Assembly: GCA_047445235.1 (NCBI GenBank)
Contig: JBLGEO010000045.1
Location: 1-40,275 of the forward strand
Source of the DNA: Candidatus Dojkabacteria bacterium
Lineage (GTDB): Bacteria > Patescibacteriota > Dojkabacteria > J137
DNA: 40,275 nucleotides
Direction of reading: 5' to 3'
Below are positions 31,201-37,850 of the stretch, piece by piece (within the stretch, counting starts at the first letter, position 1; each line of letters opens with the position of its first letter). Under the pieces are notes generated by a model. The model was not told the DNA's origin and searched no databases. It saw nothing but the letters and a program-made list of their open reading frames with translations. A program made the position numbers and the translations under genes.

Positions 31201-32727
31201 GTTGATCCTGTAACTGGAAGCTCACCAACTTACACAACTTCAGTTAACTTTGCTAATAGTGAAGCAACAACAATATTGGCTACAAAATTATTTAAGGCTG
31301 AATCTGTAAGCATAAGAGTAAAAGATGGTGTAATAGAAGGAACATCTAATTTTGTTTCAGTAAGCTACGCTGATTATGTTATCTACTATGTCTCGGGAAA
31401 TGCACAAACTGGAGTAGCAGGCCAGCAGTTAGCAAACTCAATTAAAGTTATTGTACTAGATAGTCAGGGTAATCCAGCCTTAGACAAAACTGTGATATTT
31501 ACTGTTACAACAGGAGGAGGCTCAGTCGTATCTCCAAATACAGTAGATCAAACTACAGGAGAAGTAAGTACAACTTGGACGCTAGGTACTGCGGTGGGCA
31601 CTCAAAGTGTTGTTGCATCAGTTGATGGGTTGAGTACAACGATTACATTTACTGCAAGTGCTGTTTCAGATTCTGCTTCAATTATTACGGTTAGCCCACC
31701 AACAATAAGTACGTTCGAAAATTACTCCACTGAAGAAATTAATATATGTCTACAGGATCAATTTGGAAATCGAGTTGTTACAAATTTAGATAGAGCAATT
31801 AACTTGAATTCAACTTCCAGTACGGGAGAATTTGCTACATTAGTATCCGGGCCTTGGGGAATCCACACTGTAAACATTGTTACAGGTCAATCTTGTGCAA
31901 ATGTATTCTATAAAGATTCTACTGCTGGTAGTTATACATTTACTGCATCAGCAAACTCATTAACATCTGGAACAATCTCAATAACGGTAGCTGCATTAAT
32001 ACCAACATCAATTATAGTTTCGCCAGCTAACTTTACAATTAACGAAAATAATAGCCAACAAATGAGTGCAGTGGTGTACGATCAATTTAATCATTCAATG
32101 ATTAATATAAATTTAACTTGGGAAATGAACGATGCAAATGCAGGAACAATAACTCCAAATGGTCTTTACTCTCCAACGCATACTATAGGTACGTATACTA
32201 ACGCAATTAAAGTAAGTTATTCAGGATTAATTGCGTATTCTACACCTACAGTAACTACTCAGCCAGTTGAAGTAGTACCTACACCAGTAGTAGTGCCTGT
32301 ACAACCACAAATTACGCCAAGTGTACCTTCCACACCGACTGCACCAGTTGTTATTAACGTTGATCAAAATTACTTTAGCGATAACGGCGGAACTATTCCT
32401 GTAACAGTAGAGGTGCCAGTTGTGGCTGTACTGTCACCAAAGCAAGGAGCAGTAATTTTGAGTAACGGCCATATTAGTATTTCTGGGACTTCAATTCCAG
32501 ATCAAATAATTACTGTAAAAGACGGACAGAATAATACTTTAGGTTCTGTAACTTCGGATAAGAATGGTTACTGGAAGTTATTTTTGGGAAGAAATAAGTT
32601 TCCAACAGATCAAGGTACAATTAAGGCAACAGTATTCAACACAAGTGCTTCAACAACACCATTAACATTTGATTTTGCTCCAAGATCTATAGTTGAATAT
32701 GTATACGATTTAATTTTCAATAATTGA
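28234..32727 (+). CDS. Large secreted Ig-like repeat protein (1497 aa)
   Basis: N-terminal signal sequence. FN3-like region (GYSVYRS...YED...YTYKL), two FYYKD-type modules, YVSGN.QT invasin/Big_1-like modules, P/V/T linker. TAATG overlap with the upstream stop. Confidence 0.88.
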   Translation: MNIFNRNKILKITQKLIIYSFGFFSFFSLFNLSALHISADSIFNLMGLVKYSDGNATQGGNASSPNSFAIARAYRSNIDGNIKNSNKPSDGRIYPAGYTGVSDPAYFLFDVGSSAWNPAPNAGDISITVLETYTGQNGWNGPSYVAGVKSILTQDDLKANGLDYNTSNAVMEQIPTPTLVTRSLSTIEVGWNGLWDNNSGLSGGADNNTVTGYSVYRSDNQAAYVLVGSANQTAGQSVSYEDSSVVLGHSYTYKLKVRFEWSAHSPAYYESIAEGSASAQISPETPNPDRIAFTTGEQSITAGTKSNVMIIQSRDVGGNDTPVLSDTTIDLSSNSNSVNKHFYSVDQALCTNNVISSVVITSGNSTAQFCYYDESANSSGWTLTAHKTNPPEGSWLDGTQNIVVNPAAIASFQMSLTSPQSNKTAFSGVNTLTAFDTYGNIKTNFNAATDNITFSFSPIDGTLSGLAGASSNLLNNISDFTSGVANVTSRIIFSGTSGNHTFTATSSTGKTITSNSIFIQPATATHLSVIVPASITAGTQFNITTITALDEFNNIDTNYNGNYVVNYSGPQNSSLGNSPAYTSPVNFTNGVSTTALSTTLVKSETTSINVTVGGLTGVSNQFTVQPEAATSLNVSAPATVTAGVDFNINPITAYDQFGNIDTNYTGTKTLNYSGPSTGPTSGSPRYTTQVAFVNGSSTTTLVTQLVKREVVAITIGDGNINGVTSSINVSAGQVGTISYVSGNNQTATINTFLADPFIVEVKDIFGNLKNNYPVPFVITKSNGFLSISNPLTASDGRASQSFRLGSVAGVDSDEVQVQIDGAVGSPIIFKATATPTGLANLLVSAPNTATAGVQFNLSLSLVDAQGNLISDFTGTKVISYSGASSSPSADTPNYTTSVDFTNGTASVPTTLVKVESVVLSLNIAADNLTGTSNPILVNPATTMNFTVVAPTTVQSGVSFNLVSIKTIDQFGNFSTDYNGEKTLVYSGPGVDPVTGSSPTYTTSVNFANSEATTILATKLFKAESVSIRVKDGVIEGTSNFVSVSYADYVIYYVSGNAQTGVAGQQLANSIKVIVLDSQGNPALDKTVIFTVTTGGGSVVSPNTVDQTTGEVSTTWTLGTAVGTQSVVASVDGLSTTITFTASAVSDSASIITVSPPTISTFENYSTEEINICLQDQFGNRVVTNLDRAINLNSTSSTGEFATLVSGPWGIHTVNIVTGQSCANVFYKDSTAGSYTFTASANSLTSGTISITVAALIPTSIIVSPANFTINENNSQQMSAVVYDQFNHSMININLTWEMNDANAGTITPNGLYSPTHTIGTYTNAIKVSYSGLIAYSTPTVTTQPVEVVPTPVVVPVQPQITPSVPSTPTAPVVINVDQNYFSDNGGTIPVTVEVPVVAVLSPKQGAVILSNGHISISGTSIPDQIITVKDGQNNTLGSVTSDKNGYWKLFLGRNKFPTDQGTIKATVFNTSASTTPLTFDFAPRSIVEYVYDLIFNN

Positions 32728-32752
32728 CAAATAAACTAAATAAGAATACTCT
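32724..32752 (+). promoter_or_regulatory. Sigma70 promoter candidate for the TPR gene
   Basis: TTGACA (32724-32729, overlapping the upstream TGA stop), 17-nt spacer, TACTCT (32747-32752). Confidence 0.55.
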
Positions 32753-32778
32753 TTATTTAAATACTTAATTAAAATCAA

Positions 32779-33417
32779 ATGGAAAAGAAAACAAAAATAA
32801 TTATTGCCGTTGTTTCTTTAGTAGGATTTGTTGTAATAGTATTGGTAGCATTATTTATTCGAAATTCGACCCAGAATTCTCAAAAACCAGCGGTGGGTAA
32901 TCCCATCATTGAATCTTACAAAAATAATCTTCCCGATTTAGCAGCCAAAGCTACAAATTCTACAGATCCTAAAGCAATAAGAAATTATGCAGTTGCACTT
33001 TATGCTACTGGGGATTTGGAAAGTGCTAAGACGCAGTATCTAAGAGAAAAAGAGCTTAATCCTAATGATGCCATTCTTTATAATAATTTAGGAAATATTT
33101 ACCGAGATAGTGGTGAGTATCAAAATGCTGTGGATGCTTATCAGAAATCAATTGATTTAGATAAATCTCAACTAAATGTTTATATAAATCTAGCAAACCT
33201 ATATATTTATGTCTTACAAAAACCAGATTTGGGTTATGGTGTTTATCTAAAAGGAATTGAAAACAGCCCAAATAATAAAGAAGCATTATTACTACCTTTA
33301 GCTAATGCATATAAAGATGCAGGCCTAAAACAAAAAGCAATAGATACATATAATCAAATTCTTGCAATCGACCCTAGCAATGCTGCTGTAAAAGCTATTC
33401 TTGAAGGTCTAAAATAA
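32779..33417 (+). CDS. Membrane-anchored tetratricopeptide repeat protein
   Basis: N-terminal TM helix. TPR signatures LYNNLGNIY..SGEYQNAVDAYQKSI and LANAY...G....AIDTYNQILAIDP. Confidence 0.9.
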   Translation: MEKKTKIIIAVVSLVGFVVIVLVALFIRNSTQNSQKPAVGNPIIESYKNNLPDLAAKATNSTDPKAIRNYAVALYATGDLESAKTQYLREKELNPNDAILYNNLGNIYRDSGEYQNAVDAYQKSIDLDKSQLNVYINLANLYIYVLQKPDLGYGVYLKGIENSPNNKEALLLPLANAYKDAGLKQKAIDTYNQILAIDPSNAAVKAILEGLK

Positions 33418-33460
33418 GATAAGAAGTTAGGGCAGTTTATAACATTACTTGTTCCTGATT

Positions 33461-34450
33461 TTATTTAACCACCGGGAAAGTTGCAGTTGTTGTCTTTTTC
33501 TTTTCTTTATCTTTTTTTCTCATTTTTAGCTCATACCTAACCAACGCGATAAACATATATATCATTCCTAAAATGCTTATTTCGTATTCCAAAGCAACTT
33601 TATCTATTAGTGCTAACATGGCATCTCTATCTTTAATTATAGGTAGTTCATCCTTATTAATTCTTTTATATATCCATTCTATATATGCTGGTGGAACTTT
33701 ATCTGGTGTTAGATAATATCTGACATTTTCAACTGTTGAAGCAGCTATTTCTAAGGACGGATTTATATTCATGTCTTTATAGTCTACTTGATGCAACTTA
33801 AATGTCGGATTACTATAATCACTTTCATTATAAAACTTTTGAATTTGTTCAAAAGTTTGATCTTTAAAGATTCCATTGTAGCTCCTACTATAATAGCCAG
33901 CACTGACATCTCCAATTACAATTGATCTAGTAATTTCGTAAAATTCTGGATATAGTTTTCTTAATTTATCAATTGAGTCAACACCTTCAACTGAAGCAAA
34001 CTCAGCAATATCTAAAGCAAAATCCTTAACTAATGTTTCGGGAAGTTCAAGATCATAAACATGTGTATATTCATGTACCATATTTGAAATCAGAGTATCT
34101 ATTTCTTCAGTGCTAGGATTGGAGTCTCTAATTTCAATTATATTATCTTTATCGTCAACCCTGCCTGCTGCACTTGAACTATCACTTAACTTACGAAAAC
34201 CATTTATATAACTTACAAGCTCATCAGACATACCTAAAACTTTTGCCATTTCTGAATAAAGTTTTATTTTTTCTTCCTGGGTTAAGTTTTCATTTAGTTT
34301 CAAATTATCACCTACAATTAATTCTAATGGGATTTTATAATCATTTGCCAGATAAAATTTATCCAATTGCATAGAATCTACTTTCCCAAAAGCTAATGCC
34401 GCAAGGGTACCAATTACAGGGAGCATTTTTATTGCCTTTTCTATCTTCAT
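33461..34450 (-). CDS. Hypothetical membrane protein with an HExxH motif (possible zinc metallopeptidase)
   Basis: N-terminal hydrophobic segment, MVHEYTHVYD, and a C-terminal TM followed by a Lys-rich tail. Confidence 0.6.
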   Translation of the reverse strand: MKIEKAIKMLPVIGTLAALAFGKVDSMQLDKFYLANDYKIPLELIVGDNLKLNENLTQEEKIKLYSEMAKVLGMSDELVSYINGFRKLSDSSSAAGRVDDKDNIIEIRDSNPSTEEIDTLISNMVHEYTHVYDLELPETLVKDFALDIAEFASVEGVDSIDKLRKLYPEFYEITRSIVIGDVSAGYYSRSYNGIFKDQTFEQIQKFYNESDYSNPTFKLHQVDYKDMNINPSLEIAASTVENVRYYLTPDKVPPAYIEWIYKRINKDELPIIKDRDAMLALIDKVALEYEISILGMIYMFIALVRYELKMRKKDKEKKKTTTATFPVVK

Positions 34451-34526
34451 AAATTTAAGTATATCGATATATTTGCAAAAAGAATATCGAATTAATTAAG
34501 TTAAGAGTTGTGTCTGACTTGCTCAT

Positions 34527-35819
34527 TTACAATCTCATACCAAAACCTTCCTCTCTAATTTGATCTTCTTTTAATCCCATACCTCTAAACTGCTTTAGTA
34601 GAGCTTTCGCCATTCCTACTGGACCACAAATCATTATTGCAGCATCATTTAAACTTCCGACTTTTTTTTCAATATATTTTGCAGTTATAAAACCATCTCT
34701 CACATCGTAATGATGGTAAAGCTTTACTTTACTACCTTTAGTTAGTTCATCTAATTCAGTATTATATTCACATTCAGATTCATTCTTTTCTACATAAAAT
34801 AGACTAATCTCCTTTTCACTTTTTGTTTCTATTGCATACTTAAGCATACTCAAAAATGGTGCTACACCAATCCCTCCTGCAATCCAAACTTGCTTTTTGT
34901 ATTTAGAAACACTATCCCAGTTAAAATCTCCGTGTGGACCCCAAATATGTACAGTATTACCTGGCTTTATAAGACCAGCTCTTTTTGTATAATCTCCCAA
35001 AGCTTTTATAGAAACTCTAATATTATTATCGTTAACACTTGATGTAATTCCAAATGGATGAGCTTCGTTTGGTAACTCTTTACTATCCATTACAGACATA
35101 AAAATATATTGTCCCGGAATAAAATTTAACTTTCCTTTTTCTGGCTCCATATATACTTCTGTTACTAATCCGATAGGATTAACCTTTACAACTTTAAATT
35201 TCTTAGCAAGGAATGGATAAACTAATTCTTTGTATAGAAGTGAAATTATTCCGATTAAGATTATTGTTAACATCCATCCTTCTCTAAATGAAATTCCTGG
35301 AGATCTTTGTGAGTTAGTATAGTCTAAGAAAACATGATAAGAAGCGAATAGATAAACTACAACCATAAGAAGGTGTGTAAATTTCCACCACCTGTAAGAC
35401 ATTTTTACAAATAAAGTAAGTATTACTAAAAGTAGTAAAAGCCAAAATGCATATATTCCCCAACTAAAAAATTCGATTGAACCTGGTAGAAAGTATCTTT
35501 TTATAGTATCAATACCTGCAAATTTTTGTAGCATTAACAATGTAGGGTGAGCAAGTATTATCATTGCACCTAACTTACCAATGTAACTATGAAATCTGTA
35601 AACAACATCCAAACCTCCAGAAAACTTTTCAAATATTTTTAATCTTGTGGAAGAGATAAACTCAAAACTCATTAGAGTTATTGCAAGAATTCCAGCTATT
35701 GCTCCAATATAAGTTGGAATATTTGCAGTGGTAAATTGTCCTTCGTCCATTACCCAAAGTATTATTGAAAATGCTGCAACGATAAATACTAGAAGAGTAG
35801 GCCTATCAAAAAGCTTCAT
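34527..35819 (-). CDS. Ferric reductase-like / bacterial NOX-type flavocytochrome (TM heme domain plus FNR-type FAD/NAD(P)H domain)
   Basis: About six TM helices with H-x13-H and H-x12-H pairs. FIPGQY, HPFGITS, GPHG, IAGGIGVAPF, CGP. Confidence 0.9.
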   Translation of the reverse strand: MKLFDRPTLLVFIVAAFSIILWVMDEGQFTTANIPTYIGAIAGILAITLMSFEFISSTRLKIFEKFSGGLDVVYRFHSYIGKLGAMIILAHPTLLMLQKFAGIDTIKRYFLPGSIEFFSWGIYAFWLLLLLVILTLFVKMSYRWWKFTHLLMVVVYLFASYHVFLDYTNSQRSPGISFREGWMLTIILIGIISLLYKELVYPFLAKKFKVVKVNPIGLVTEVYMEPEKGKLNFIPGQYIFMSVMDSKELPNEAHPFGITSSVNDNNIRVSIKALGDYTKRAGLIKPGNTVHIWGPHGDFNWDSVSKYKKQVWIAGGIGVAPFLSMLKYAIETKSEKEISLFYVEKNESECEYNTELDELTKGSKVKLYHHYDVRDGFITAKYIEKKVGSLNDAAIMICGPVGMAKALLKQFRGMGLKEDQIREEGFGMRL

Positions 35820-35943
35820 AGGGAGTATTAATAATTATTTACAGTTAGTATATTCCTAATTAAGTAAGAATTGTATATTGCTTATGTCTATGTAATATTT
35901 GTTCAGAAATAGACCCACAAACCCTATCATCACTCATTAATTC

Positions 35944-35952
35944 TGATATAAT
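35944..35952 (+). promoter_or_regulatory. Extended -10 promoter
   Basis: TGaTATAAT 26 nt upstream of the ATG at 35979. The same TTCTGATATAAT precedes tRNA-Val. Confidence 0.65.
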
Positions 35953-35978
35953 TTTGTATTATTTTATTTCTCTAAATT

Positions 35979-36704
35979 ATGAAGAAAGGTATTTTAATTG
36001 GACTAGGACTACTCTTAGTTTGCTGCTGCTGTTCTGTAGTAGTTGGTAGTATATTATTATTCACAAGTGCAAGTGGTTATGTCGAATTTAATGGTAGATG
36101 TGTGCATAAAGGTTTAAATGCTAATCCAACAACTGGACCATGCGCAACAATGATGGGTGATTTAGACCCAAAGACAACAACAGTACCTCCAATGATGGGA
36201 ACAACACCTACACCAGTCCCACAGCCTCAAACTAGTGGTACAAAAACTTATACAGGAAAGAACGTAGCTGATTATTCGTTTACATATTCAGATAAATTTT
36301 TCTTGGATGACTCCGGAGCGATTGTTTATGTATACAAGAAAGATCCAAAACTAAATGTTTCTGGAGACTTTAATGATAATCTAAACATTACTTCTGCAGA
36401 TACTGCTTTAGTAGTTACCCAAACAAGCTGTACTTCTTATGCAAACGATCTAATTGCAAGTATTGGTTCTAGTTTAAATGTTGATGAAAGTTCTTTAGAA
36501 ACTAAGGTTGATACAATCAACGGATTAAAAGTCTGTGGAGTAAGATGGAATGCAAGTATTAATGGAACAGATTTTAAACAAGAACAGTATGTGTTCTCTG
36601 ATACTAAGAATGATAAGAATTATATCCTTACTGTTTCTTTAGCAGACTCAAGTACGAACGGAAGTTTGTTTGCTGATATCGTTAATTCGTTTGAAACTAA
36701 ATGA
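35979..36704 (+). CDS. Membrane-anchored protein with a CCCC motif, Pro/Thr linker and PsbP-like C-terminal domain
   Basis: MKKGILIGLGLLLVCCCCS, a PTP-rich linker, then YSFTYS...DNLNI...INGL...YILTV...IVNSFE. Confidence 0.7.
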   Translation: MKKGILIGLGLLLVCCCCSVVVGSILLFTSASGYVEFNGRCVHKGLNANPTTGPCATMMGDLDPKTTTVPPMMGTTPTPVPQPQTSGTKTYTGKNVADYSFTYSDKFFLDDSGAIVYVYKKDPKLNVSGDFNDNLNITSADTALVVTQTSCTSYANDLIASIGSSLNVDESSLETKVDTINGLKVCGVRWNASINGTDFKQEQYVFSDTKNDKNYILTVSLADSSTNGSLFADIVNSFETK

Positions 36705-36747
36705 TAAATCTTAGCGAGTCCGCCTAAGGCGGACGAGCTTTAGATTT
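36705..36747 (+). repeat. Palindromic element (second family) with inner GTCCGCC-TAA-GGCGGAC hairpin; possible terminator role
   Basis: Begins directly after the stop codon. Both outer arms match the reverse complement of 37689-37721 at 13/14. Confidence 0.7.
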
Positions 36748-36752
36748 CCTTT

Positions 36753-36780
36753 ATCCCGAGGAACGAAGTGATCTCGGGAT
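36753..36780 (+). repeat. REP-like hairpin ATCCCGAG-N12-CTCGGGAT
   Basis: Perfect 8-bp stem. Shares ATCCCGAG and GGGAT with the alaS element but has a different loop. Confidence 0.65.
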
Positions 36781-36834
36781 CTTGATTCTTTTGTCAAGTT
36801 TAGACTTGAAATTGAGTACAAGATGAGTTTTTTC

Positions 36835-36843
36835 TGATATAAT
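36835..36843 (+). promoter_or_regulatory. Extended -10 promoter for tRNA-Val
   Basis: TGaTATAAT 18 nt upstream of the tRNA 5' end. Confidence 0.65.
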
Positions 36844-36861
36844 CATTCCACGTTAGGTTTA

Positions 36862-36935
36862 GGGCGCTTAGCTCAGCTGGTTAGAGCATCTCGTTTACAC
36901 CGAGGGGGTCGGGGGTTCGAATCCCTCAGCGCCCA
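36862..36935 (+). tRNA. tRNA-Val (TAC), CCA not encoded
   Basis: Acceptor stem GGGCGCT/AGCGCCC plus discriminator A, anticodon loop TTTACAC, T-loop GTTCGAAT. Confidence 0.97.
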
Positions 36936-36955
36936 TTAATTAAAACTTTTGATTA

Positions 36956-37546
36956 ATGGCAACTTCAATTAAATCTACTAAACAATACCCAGAGAAGATC
37001 TTTATAACACAATCTGACTTTATAGATTGGATGGAGAAAAACCATGATAAAGAAGATGGTGTTTGGATAGTAATGTATAAAAAAGCATCTGGAAAACAAT
37101 CAATTAATTATGACTTGGCTCTTGAAGTTGCTCTTTGCTACGGATGGATTGATGGAGTTTCAAATAGAATTGATGAAGAGAAATATAAACAAAAATTTAC
37201 TCCCCGAAGAGAAAAAAGTATTTGGTCTAAAGTAAACCGAGAAAATATAGCAAGGCTAACAAGCGAAGGCAAAATGAAGCCATCAGGAATTGCAGAAGTT
37301 GACAGAGCTAAAGCAGATGGGAGATGGGATGCCGCTTACGATTCTTCTGTAACAATGAAAGCTCCTGAAGATTTTTTAAAAGAACTTTCTAAGGATAAAA
37401 AAGCTGAAGAGTTTTATAAGACTCTAAGTAAAACAAATCTCTACGCAATTCACTTCAGATTACAAACCGCAATAAAGCCAGAAACAAGAGCAAATAGAAT
37501 GAAAATACTTCTAGAAATGCTTAATAAAGGAGAGAAGTTCCACTAA
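36956..37546 (+). CDS. YdeI/OmpD-associated family protein
   Basis: ALEVALCYGWIDG, FTPRR..SIWSKVN, G.M.PSG, DGRWDAAY, KPETRANR. Confidence 0.92.
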   Translation: MATSIKSTKQYPEKIFITQSDFIDWMEKNHDKEDGVWIVMYKKASGKQSINYDLALEVALCYGWIDGVSNRIDEEKYKQKFTPRREKSIWSKVNRENIARLTSEGKMKPSGIAEVDRAKADGRWDAAYDSSVTMKAPEDFLKELSKDKKAEEFYKTLSKTNLYAIHFRLQTAIKPETRANRMKILLEMLNKGEKFH

Positions 37547-37555
37547 CCTATAATC

Positions 37556-37612
37556 ATCCCTCGACTCCGCTCGGGAAGACACGACGTGTCATGGTGAGCG
37601 GAGTCGAACCAT
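37556..37612. repeat. Inverted dimer of TGTC-tagged REP-like elements
   Basis: Minus-strand copy at 37556-37581 (TGTCTTCCCGAGCGGAGTCGAGGGAT) and plus-strand copy at 37587-37612 (TGTCATGGTGAGCGGAGTCGAACCAT), 5 nt apart. Confidence 0.9.
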
Positions 37613-37688
37613 GGTTGTTTTTCACTAATCTTACGCCACTCTGTTTTCTTTATAACTAGCTATGAATATAGGTGGGCATTGCCAACCA

Positions 37689-37721
37689 AAATCTAAATCT
37701 CGGTACGCTCTCTAAGATTTA
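37689..37721 (-). repeat. Second copy of the AAATCT...AGATTT palindromic element
   Basis: The reverse complement TAAATCTTAGAGAG-CGTAC-CGAGATTTAGATTT matches the arms of 36705-36747. Confidence 0.7.
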
Positions 37722-37850
37722 AGGCTGTAACCGCCGTGCGGTAATATGTACCCCGATTTTCACTATAATATATAGATTTAATATAAAAGCTAGTATAATA
37801 AGTTGCTATTCAACTGTTAACTATGAACTATTAACTTTTAACTTGAAATT

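Noticed and set aside
7933-36935. Genomic island or prophage between tRNA-Phe and tRNA-Val
   Set aside because: No integrase, phage or conjugation genes, no duplicated tRNA 3' end noticed, and the two tRNAs are different species.
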